A DNA stretch of 64,000 nucleotides from Tetramitus jugosus (lineage: Eukaryota; Protista; Heterolobosea), in the NCBI GenBank assembly GCA_937625935.1, contig OW569357.1, forward strand, positions 124,001 through 188,000, written 5' to 3'. A program made the translations under genes and the position numbers. The notes below the pieces were generated by a model. That model was not told where the DNA came from. It saw nothing but the letters and a program-made list of their open reading frames with translations, and ran no database searches. Below are positions 37,901-46,622 of this stretch, piece by piece; the stretch's first letter is position 1; every line of letters starts with the position of its first letter.

Positions 37901-40603
37901 TTGGTAACTGACCCTGCCGCCGTAGCAGAGCATGCAGCCAACTACTTTGAACAAGTGTTTGAGTACGCTGATGCTGACATGTCATTCCTCAAGGACCTCA
38001 CTTTTGAAAAAAGGGATATGAGTTCTTGTTTCAGCGCTATTGAGGTAAGCGAGGTTAACAACGCCCTAAAGTGGCTCAGAAACGGGAAGGCACCAGGACC
38101 CGATGGGGTCTGGAATGAGATGTTAAAGTTATTCAAAGCCCGCAAGAGAGACTTCAGGTACGAGTTGGCAGAGGTACTTGCGGTTCTGTTTAACAAAATC
38201 GTTGAAACAGGAAAGTTCCCAACAAGATGGAAGCAATGTGCTATTGTACCTGCTTATAAAAAGGGCAGCACGTCCGAGATTGGTAACTTCAGACCGATAT
38301 GCTTGTTGAGTGGCATCTCTAAGGTGTTCACTCGTTTGATTAACGCCAAGGTGTCGAAAGCAGCGGAAGACTTTCGTGTATTTAGCAACACACAAGGAGG
38401 TGGAAGGAAAATGAGAGACATCCGTGAAAAACTATCCATAATTCGTGGGGTGATAGATCACGCGAATAGAAGTGACAGACAACTTCTGCTGCTCTTAACT
38501 GATATCTCAAAAGCGTTTGATAGTGTTCCACACAATGCAGTGGTGGAAGCGTACAAGTTTTTTGGCTTTCCAGAGCATGTTGTTAGGTTGGTAGCTGATA
38601 TGCTAATTAACAACACTGCATCTATCCAAGTTGGAAATGGTTCGAGATGCATCAAAATCGAGCGAGGAACTAGACAAGGTGATGCCTTATCTCCGACTAC
38701 ATATGTGTTGGTACACCAACTTGTCCTGATGTACACACAGAAGTGGGCGATCGGTTACAAAGCAATGTCCCAACGAATCTGGAATGTTGCTTATGTGGAT
38801 GATTGCAACATCTTTAGCAATACTCCACAAGATTTGGAAAGAACAGCAAACGCAATGTTCAATGTGCTAGAAAAACTGTGCATGAGCATGCACCCCGATA
38901 AGTTGGAGCTGTTTGCCAGAAAGGACAGTGACAAGATATCGATCAGAGTTGCCGGTAAGGAAATTGCTTCGAAAGATCGCAAGTGCACCTTCCGTGCCTT
39001 GGGACTGTTTACCAATTTGCATGGGGACACTGATGCTCAAAAGAAACAGAGCAAGCTGAAGGCAGCTCGGGTTCTTAACAGGTTGAAGGTGTTGAGACTG
39101 GGGCCAGCTCAGGTTGCCAGGGTCGTGAACACCTGTATTCACCCAATTTTTCTCTATGCATCGGGGTTTACCAACTGGCCAAAAAGGTGGCTTAACGAGG
39201 TAAATGGCATGGGACGTAAAGCTGTGAAGTACGGATCAAGAGCCTTGAAGAGGTACCCGTCGGCACTTCTCGCTATCGGCCGGGAAAGTGGTGGAATTGG
39301 ACTGTGCGAGTTCAAGGAGTCCCTCACCACTAGGATTGCCGCGTTCATATTCGGAATGCTACAAGGGAAGAGAGACGCGGAAGCGCGTACACTGTTGTTG
39401 GACACGCTTGATGATGTCAAGCAAAATCACCTACTCACCCAATTGAGTATCTTCCAATCCTGCAACAGGCTGAATCAAGTCAAGAATACATACTTGGTTT
39501 GGTGTGCTAAGCTCCTACATGAATCCAACATCACCATCGGTGATGCATCTCTGCATGAGTGTCAAGGATGCAATGTAACTTTTCACCTCCCCTTGAGTGA
39601 AGCTAGAGTTCTCAAGGTAAAAGGAGTACACAGAAATGAACAGCTATATCAAGAAGGCAGCATTATGTCTTATGAGAAGGCAAAAAGTCTTTATGGTCTA
39701 AAAGGCTTAGGACCAAAAAAATACCGACATGTACAGTTCTATATGGAACTGTCGGGCTCTCCTTGCACCCGGGTGAATATACCAATGACCGAAATCGTTC
39801 ACGAACTCTTCATAGATGGAGTCCGAACCGTGGATATCCATGCTAAGAGCCACCTGGCTAACTTCCATCGACAAAAAAGAGATAAGGAGGTCTTGAGAAA
39901 CAGTACGTGGTGGCTTGATGCAGAACTCACAAAGTGGAGTGGGTGGAATACATTTCTGAAGTGTCCCTTTGGTCTCGACAGAAGAGAACTTTGGTTTTAC
40001 CATCAGGTGAGGAGTGGCACCCTGCATACCCTTTCAGTGATGCAGAGTTTATATGGGGGTTTTCGTGGCACGAAGTGTACTTGTTGTGGAAAAGAGGATG
40101 AGACAATCATTCATCTCCTAGTTGAGTGTTCATCCGCACAAGAGGTCAGAAAGAGAATATGTATGTCATTGAGCGATAGACTCAACAAATTAAGGTTGCC
40201 AAAAGACACAAAGGTGGAAGTCTGGTTCGACAGTTACTCGTACTGTAATGGTAGCTTGATCAAAAGAAACGCTGCCATGTCTTCACATGATATTTTGGCT
40301 GGTCTGATGGGGAAGGAAGGAGAGACAAGGGAGGACATTCTCAATGCTCTCATCAAGACGGGATGCAAAAAGAAGATCGCAGAAAAAAAGGCTGCGAGTG
40401 TAATCGACTGCACCAAGAGAGAGTGTGTTAAGGAGCTGCACAAGCTGTTCATTAGGTCTAAGGGGAGGTGGAGGGAAACGTCGCTCTGCACCGTGCCGGT
40501 GCAGAGCAACACAACAACTACCAGTCCCCATGGACTTGACAGGGCAAGGGAGAGACCTAGCACTCTGCACCGTACCGGTGCAGAGCAGCATCACTTCCAG
40601 TAA
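37901..40603 (+). CDS. LINE ORF2 (RT + C-terminal CCHC zinc finger); endonuclease domain absent, presumably lost by 5' truncation
   Basis: KAPGPDG, NFRPICL, DISKAFDSV, GTRQGDALSP, YVDD, CTCCGKEDETIIHLLVEC; begins in the region that normally follows the endonuclease. Confidence 0.93.
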   Translation: MVTDPAAVAEHAANYFEQVFEYADADMSFLKDLTFEKRDMSSCFSAIEVSEVNNALKWLRNGKAPGPDGVWNEMLKLFKARKRDFRYELAEVLAVLFNKIVETGKFPTRWKQCAIVPAYKKGSTSEIGNFRPICLLSGISKVFTRLINAKVSKAAEDFRVFSNTQGGGRKMRDIREKLSIIRGVIDHANRSDRQLLLLLTDISKAFDSVPHNAVVEAYKFFGFPEHVVRLVADMLINNTASIQVGNGSRCIKIERGTRQGDALSPTTYVLVHQLVLMYTQKWAIGYKAMSQRIWNVAYVDDCNIFSNTPQDLERTANAMFNVLEKLCMSMHPDKLELFARKDSDKISIRVAGKEIASKDRKCTFRALGLFTNLHGDTDAQKKQSKLKAARVLNRLKVLRLGPAQVARVVNTCIHPIFLYASGFTNWPKRWLNEVNGMGRKAVKYGSRALKRYPSALLAIGRESGGIGLCEFKESLTTRIAAFIFGMLQGKRDAEARTLLLDTLDDVKQNHLLTQLSIFQSCNRLNQVKNTYLVWCAKLLHESNITIGDASLHECQGCNVTFHLPLSEARVLKVKGVHRNEQLYQEGSIMSYEKAKSLYGLKGLGPKKYRHVQFYMELSGSPCTRVNIPMTEIVHELFIDGVRTVDIHAKSHLANFHRQKRDKEVLRNSTWWLDAELTKWSGWNTFLKCPFGLDRRELWFYHQVRSGTLHTLSVMQSLYGGFRGTKCTCCGKEDETIIHLLVECSSAQEVRKRICMSLSDRLNKLRLPKDTKVEVWFDSYSYCNGSLIKRNAAMSSHDILAGLMGKEGETREDILNALIKTGCKKKIAEKKAASVIDCTKRECVKELHKLFIRSKGRWRETSLCTVPVQSNTTTTSPHGLDRARERPSTLHRTGAEQHHFQ
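40483..40585 (+). repeat. Two direct copies of a perfect GC-rich hairpin CTCTGCACCG-NNN-CGGTGCAGAG
   Basis: 40483-40507 (11-bp stem, TGC loop) and 40563-40585 (10-bp stem, TAC loop). Confidence 0.85.
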
Positions 40604-40662
40604 CAAGGTGAAATGAATAAAGAGGCAACTCATGTTGTATGGAAAAAAAAAAAAAAAAAAAA

Positions 40663-40677
40663 CCCGGTTTATTTACA
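40663..40677 (+). repeat. Target-site duplication copy 2
   Basis: CCCGGTTTATTTACA between the two elements. Confidence 0.92.
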
Positions 40678-41979
40678 AAAAAACGCAGAAAAAAACGGAA
40701 TCACATGTCTGGTGATTCAACAAATTTGGTGAAGGAATACGGCAACAGCCGTTATGCAGTGTGGACCACTGCACGGAAAGGCACGAGGCCAAGTGACAGA
40801 GAGGTCGTCATTACTGGCAACGGTAATGGCGTCTCTCAGTCATCTTTGGCAAGAAAGATTGGAGAGGAGTTTGGTGACTGGCTCAACCGAGTCCAAGTCA
40901 TCAAGAGGAAAGGCCAGCAACGCTTTGTTGCATGGGTGACGGTCAAGGGTGACCGCATCTATGACTTTGTTGATTTGTTCAACAAGCAAAGGAGGATTGG
41001 CAACAGCACTGCTGCACCCAAGCGCAGTGTTGATTGCACAAGAAAGGTGGTCGTCCATGGCATGAAGAACATGTCAGTGGACGACATCAAGAAGCTACTG
41101 GGACCTGAAAAGGTCGCCAGTGTGCTCAAGAAGCGTGACACTGCTTTCGTGGTCATGGGTGATGAAACCTATGCACAAGCAGTGCTCACCGGAGCGAACA
41201 AGGTAAAGGCCACGGTCACTCGATACGTCGAGAGACCACATGATCATCTCAAGGCCGTCAACAAGAGGTTGACAAAGATGTATGAGGAGCTGCTGACGGT
41301 GGTTGACGGACTGCGTCGACAGGTCACAGAACTCACCAAGGAATTGGCAAAGACAAAGGGCCAAGAGGGCAACAAACCGGTTCCGATACCGGAACAAGAA
41401 GTTGCACAAAGAACTGCTCCTGGTCTGATGGAGACAGAAGAACAAAGGAGTGCAACACCACTGCCAACAGTGCCTGTTGCACAGCTCAGCGCTGAAAATC
41501 AGCAAATCCTGGAGCAAGTGAATGCCACTTCTCCAGTGTTTGCCAGAGCGAAGAAGGAAATTGCTGCATTGGCACTAGCCAGTGCACGCAAAAGGTATGG
41601 TTTGACTGAGGACGAACCAGTCATTGTGGATGTGGACGACGACTCCGAAAAGGAGATTCAAAGTCCACAACTCAATGACAACAAGAAGAGGAGTGCTAGG
41701 ATCACACTGGGTGATCTGAGGAGCAACAAGGCCCAAAACAAGAAAACAACAACAGATGGCTCTGTGTCCATCGGCGGTCCTGCTACAAGGTTAAGCTCTT
41801 TGATGAAGGGCATCAATCAAAACACTCACCAGAGTGATTCTTCCAACCTGTAGGTGCACCGTCGGGGACAACAAGAGAAGAAGAGTGAGCGACGCCCTAC
41901 GGGTCGTCACTCACAAAACAAGTCAATAAATGAGCAATCGTGTGCTTGCGCACACTTGGTTGTATGGAACAAAAAAAAA
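40678..41979 (+). mobile_element. ORF1-only poly(A) retroelement (non-autonomous partner)
   Basis: Bounded by TSD copies 2 and 3; short 5' leader, one ORF, AATAAA, GTTGTATGGAA, A9 tail. Confidence 0.85.
40705..41853 (+). CDS. ORF1-like protein: RRM(s) + coiled coil (382 aa)
   Basis: RKVVVHGMKNMSVDDIKKLL...DTAFVVM RNP-like pattern; heptad segment LTKMYEELLTVVDGLRRQVTELTKELAK; true ATG at 40705. Confidence 0.7.
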   Translation: MSGDSTNLVKEYGNSRYAVWTTARKGTRPSDREVVITGNGNGVSQSSLARKIGEEFGDWLNRVQVIKRKGQQRFVAWVTVKGDRIYDFVDLFNKQRRIGNSTAAPKRSVDCTRKVVVHGMKNMSVDDIKKLLGPEKVASVLKKRDTAFVVMGDETYAQAVLTGANKVKATVTRYVERPHDHLKAVNKRLTKMYEELLTVVDGLRRQVTELTKELAKTKGQEGNKPVPIPEQEVAQRTAPGLMETEEQRSATPLPTVPVAQLSAENQQILEQVNATSPVFARAKKEIAALALASARKRYGLTEDEPVIVDVDDDSEKEIQSPQLNDNKKRSARITLGDLRSNKAQNKKTTTDGSVSIGGPATRLSSLMKGINQNTHQSDSSNL

Positions 41980-41994
41980 CCCGGTTTATTTACA
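41980..41994 (+). repeat. Target-site duplication copy 3
   Basis: CCCGGTTTATTTACA after the A9 tail. Confidence 0.92.
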
Positions 41995-42172
41995 GGCAGT
42001 CGTTTTTTTTGTTTTGTTTTGTTTTGCCCAGTAGCTGCCCCATCACTCAAGAACGAATTTGTTCTCATTACCTCTTGGCCCACTGACTTCCTTGTCACTT
42101 ACAGCTGGCTAGACCAGCTGAATTGACGAGGACAAATTCGTTCCTGACTGGCTAAGCACCTACCCCACAAAA

Positions 42173-43285
42173 TTAATAGTCAAAAGAAAGAGAACATTGC
42201 GCGACCATATTGTCGAGCATGGCTCGGGCGACATGATCGAGCACAATGTGGTTAGTGGAGCTGTCGCACTCGTTCATGAGTGCGACAAGCTTTGCATGGA
42301 CTCTCTCGTCCTCTTGTCTGGCTCGACACCAGTTGTATTTCCCAACAAAACTTCGCCAGGTGTTCAAGTCAATGCTTTCTTTTGTCAACAAGAGCTTGAC
42401 ATACAGCGAAAGATCTTTGAGATGCTTGTCCGTTGTAAAAACACCCTTGTTCTCTCCAAAACGCAACAAATAGCCACAGAATGTGATCTCTTGTTGTGGT
42501 ACTAACACCGACTTGGAAGCATTGATCGGCAGACCATTTCGCTCAAGCGTCAGTACTTGGTCTTGAAGCCTTTGTGCCAAATCTTCTTCACTATTGCTGA
42601 ACAGAAGGAAATCATCCAAATAAACAACAGTTGACTCCTTAGAGAGAAAGGATGTAACAGTTTGACAACATCCGGGCGCACACTTGATACCAAAGGGAAC
42701 GCGCGTGACCTTGTACACCTTCTTTCTCCAGCTAATACAACAGTAGGCTTGATAGGCTGGATGCAATTTGATGTTGGTGTAACAAGACTTGATGTCAACA
42801 GAGGCCGCAAAGGAGTAGTTGTTGACCAATGAGACCAGATCGCCCCTAGATGGCAAACGACAGTCAGCATCATTGCATGCTCCCATCTCCTCGACTACTG
42901 ATTCTACTGTGGTGTCATACACAAGTAGACCCACATTGTATGCATCTAAAGTGCAATGAGTATGGAGGCTACCTGAGATGTACCTTTCGAACCATGTTCG
43001 AGGGCATTCTGCAGAGTACAATAACACCCGGTTGATGCCAGGAACCGACAGAACAACTAAATGGGTGCGTTCCGGTAGGGATACTTGTTGCACACCATTG
43101 ACAAAAAGAGAAAAATATCTTGAGCGGACTGGAAGCAATGCATTGGTGTCCAATTGCATCTTCAAACAACGTCCCACGCTTTCCAGGGCAACTTCACGAC
43201 TCATGTTGAACACTTCCCCGGCGATCAGCTCATGTCTGAGCCAACTGTATAAATCTCTCCCACTTACGACAATTTCGCAATTCAA
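42173..43285 (-). pseudogene. Chimeric ORF: T5orf172 C-terminal part fused to RT core
   Basis: GEVF motif, then DIKSCY, PFGIKCAP, YLDD, WRSFVGKYNW. Confidence 0.6.
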
Positions 43286-43445
43286 TCACATCCAAATAAA
43301 GTTCCAATACTAGCACCTTGCCCCGTAGCTTCTTCAGTCTCTTGTGAACATTTCTACTCTGTCCTATTTTTGAGCCGTTGCATTCATTTGATGAGAGCAC
43401 ATAAATGCACTCCCCTATCTTCTTTAAGTGTGCATAATTTGTCAC
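43230..43445 (-). pseudogene. T5orf172/GIY-YIG-like nuclease N-terminal part (frameshifted)
   Basis: CIYVLSS...KIGQSRNVHKRLKKL; second copy at 45464-45679 (+). Confidence 0.6.
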
Positions 43446-43580
43446 CTTACCATTGACTGTAATAAAACACTGAATCATTGAACAAACAAAAGAAATCAAA
43501 TAGTTATTATTGAGTTAACGTGGTAGTGTCTTGTTTTATTTTTTGTTTTTATAGCTTGTTGTTTGTGATGGATTGATGTC

Positions 43581-44944
43581 ATGATGGGTCGAGGATCAAT
43601 GTATCTATATAGGTTGAGGATTAACAAAAACAAAGAGAATCAACAAAACAAGAAGTACTGCAACATGTCTAACGGTCAGTGGCAGACTATAAGTTTTCAT
43701 TTGCTGAGAGCATTGAGTGCAATGATGGAAATACAGAGTGCTTTGGGGAGCGTTGACGCCGGAGAGGTGAACGTTGGCTCCGATATGACATTGAGAGAGT
43801 GTCTGGGAGTCATGGATCGAAGCACTAGTGTGGAGAAAAGCTCTAAGGAGACAAGCGAAGAGCCACATAAAGGAAAGAACACTATGGATCAACCAATTAA
43901 TGAAGAAAGGTCTGGGGTGACACAAAAAGAGAAGTGCGCATTGGTTCAACTGAACAGTGCAACACCTAGCACAAGCCGTGTCAAAGGAAATCAGCGTAGG
44001 GGATTCTACAACAATGAAGAAGAAGTGCGCTCCAAGCTTCGTCATTTCATCTTGAATAAGGTAAAGCCTGAGCACCATAGGTGTATGGACGATAGAATCA
44101 AGGAATATGTCTCCAGTGGTGTTCTAATCGAGATTCCAATGGAACAAGCATTGTTTATTGCTTCCATAGCAATGATTCCTCGTGAAGCAGATGCTACTCG
44201 CCCCAGAGAGATCTTAGATTTTACCAAATTGAACAAATACATTCTTGATGCTGACAGTCGTTTGCCATCTAGGGGCGATCTGGTCTCATTGGTCAACAAC
44301 TACTCCTTTGCGGCCTCTGTTGACATCAAGTCTTGTTACACCAACATCAAATTGCATCCAGCCTATCAAGCCTACTGTTGTATTAGCTGGAGAAAGAAGG
44401 TGTACAAGGTCACGCGCGTTCCCTTTGGTATCAAGTGTGCGCCCGGATGTTGTCAAACTGTTACATCCTTTCTCTCTAAGGAGTCAACTGTTGTTTATTT
44501 GGATGATTTCCTTCTGTTCAGCAATAGTGAAGAAGATTTGGCACAAAGGCTTCAAGACCAAGTACTGACGCTTGAGCGAAATGGTCTGCCGATCAATGCT
44601 TCCAAGTCGGTGTTAGTACCACAACAAGAGATCACATTCTGTGGCTATTTGTTGCGTTTTGGAGAGAACAAGGGTGTTTTTACAACGGACAAGCATCTCA
44701 AAGATCTTTCGCTGTATGTCAAGCTCTTGTTGACAAAAGAAAGCATTGACTTGAACACCTGGCGAAGTTTTGTTGGGAAATACAACTGGTGTCGAGCCAG
44801 ACAAGAGGACGAGAGAGTCCATGCAAAGCTTGTCGCACTCATGAACGAGTGCGACAAGCTCCACTAACCACATTGTGCTCGATCATGTCGCCCGAGCCAT
44901 GCTCGACAATATGGTCGCGCAATGTTCTCTTTCTTTTGACTACT
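43581..44944 (+). pseudogene. LTR/DIRS-type reverse transcriptase, with a 1-bp frameshift near 44857 relative to the inverted copy
   Basis: REILDFTKLNKYI, DIKSCY, PFG, YLDDFLLFS, ITFCGY; no intact RNase H, integrase or tyrosine recombinase seen. Confidence 0.75.
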
Positions 44945-46622
44945 AATATTGTGTGGTAGGTGCTTAGCCAGTCAGGAACGAATTTGTCCTCGTCAATTCA
45001 GCTGGTCTAGCCAGATGTAAGTGACAAGGAAGTCAATGTGCCAAGAGGGAGTGAGAACAAATTCGTTCTTGAGTGATGGGGCAGCTAGATAGCAAACGAC
45101 AGTCAGCATCAAGAATATATTTGTTCAGTTTGGTGAAGTCTAAGATCTCCTGGGGCGAGTTGCATCTGCTTCACGAGGAATCATTGCTATGGAAGCAATA
45201 AACAATGCTTGTTCCATTGGAATCTCAATTAGAACACCACTTGAGACATACTCCTTGATTCTTTCGTCCATACACCCATGGTGCTCAGGCTTTACCTTAT
45301 TCAAGATGAAATGACGAAGTTTGAAGCGCACTTCTTCTTCCTTGTTGAGCCAACATTCATCTCTCCGGCATCAACGCTCCCCAAAGCACTCTGTATCTCC
45401 ATCATCGCGCTCAATGCTCTCAGCAAATGAAAAATTCAGTGTTTTATTACAGTCAATGGTAAGGTGACAAATTATGCACACTTAAAGAAGATAGGGGAGT
45501 GCATTTATGTGCTCTCATCAAATGAATGCAACGGCTCAAAAATAGGACAGAGTAGAAATGTTCACAAGAGATTGAAGAAGCTACGGGGCAAGGTGCTAGT
45601 ATTGGAACTTTATTTGGATGTGATTGAATTGCGAAATTGTCGTAAGTGGGAGAGATTTATACAGTTGGCTCAGACATGAACTGATCGCCGGGGAAGTGTT
45701 CAGCATTAGTCATGAAGTTGCGCTGAAAAGCGTGGGACGTTGTTTGAAGATGCAGTTGGACACCAATGCATTGCTTCCAGCCCACTCAAGATATTTTTCT
45801 CTTTTTGTCAATGGTGTATAACAAGTATCCCTCCAGGAACCCAACCATTTGGTTGTTCTGTCGGTTCCTGGTATCAACCGGGTGTTATTGTACTATAGAA
45901 TGCCCTCGAACATGGTTCGAAAGGTACGTCTCAGGTAATCTCCACACGAATTGCACTTTAAGAGAGTACACTACAGTAGAATCAGTAGTCGAGGAGATGG
46001 GAGCAACAATGATAACGGGTAGATTGTGAATCGAACAAGAGTTGATGTCGTCAAGTATATTGACGTGTTTAGGTTGACCCCGAACACAGAAAATCAGGGA
46101 TTCGTTCGGACCAGATCGCCCCTTGATGGTAAACACTTGATGAAGGCTAAATGCTGTCGATCCATAGTACCCTTAACTTCGTGTCGCTCTTCACAACAAT
46201 GATAATTCTAGAGCTGTCCACCATAAGTTCTTCGATCCATCAAATGATTAAAAAGGAATGTTCAGAAGGCTCTGAAGAAGTTAAATAGCAAGTTTTTAGT
46301 ATTATTAAGGATTTACAGTTTCTTCCAAAGAAAGTATCGACCTGGTAGAGGAAAGTACAACTGTCTTGCTTGAGGTACAAAGATAAATCTTTAAATGTAG
46401 TTCGGTTGAGACACCTTTGTTTTTTCTCACAAGGATCAGTGCTGGGAGAACAGTTTACAAAATTTAAAATAGTGCCATTTGACATTAACTATACGCCTGC
46501 CAAACAGCAATTCCCTCTAATCCTAGATTTTCACTTAGAAGCATCAAGGTGAGGTATCTGCCACCTGAATTCAACCCAAATTATCTCAGGTAAACCTTTA
46601 TTTATTTCACCATCCGGAGGGA

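Larger units (their letters stand above)
37896..40662 (+). mobile_element. 5'-truncated non-LTR retrotransposon (LINE) with poly(A) tail
   Basis: Flanked by the 15-bp TSD; RT ORF; AATAAA at 40616; A20 tail at 40643-40662. Confidence 0.93.
42032..46560. mobile_element. Rearranged cluster of LTR/DIRS-type RT and T5orf172 (GIY-YIG superfamily) fragments in nested inverted repeats
   Basis: Inverted pairs 42032-42872/44246-45087, 42878-43475/45434-46007, 44015-44271/45085-45340 and 43693-43779/45347-45433, plus older RT remnants at 46030-46560. Confidence 0.8.

Noticed and set aside
37559-37954. 131-aa minus-strand ORF spanning the tRNA
   Set aside because: Overlaps the tRNA, TSD and TrxR 3' UTR; no protein features
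40639-40704. Poly-lysine N-terminus of the 404-aa ORF
   Set aside because: It is the translated poly(A) tail and TSD of the upstream LINE; the real start is ATG 40705
37881-41994. Three identical 15-mers as a CRISPR-like or terminal repeat array
   Set aside because: Spacing is kilobases and two copies follow poly(A) tails; best explained as target-site duplications
42032-45087. Canonical DIRS element with inverted terminal repeats
   Set aside because: The inverted repeats consist of RT coding sequence, and no tyrosine recombinase, gag or intact RNase H is visible
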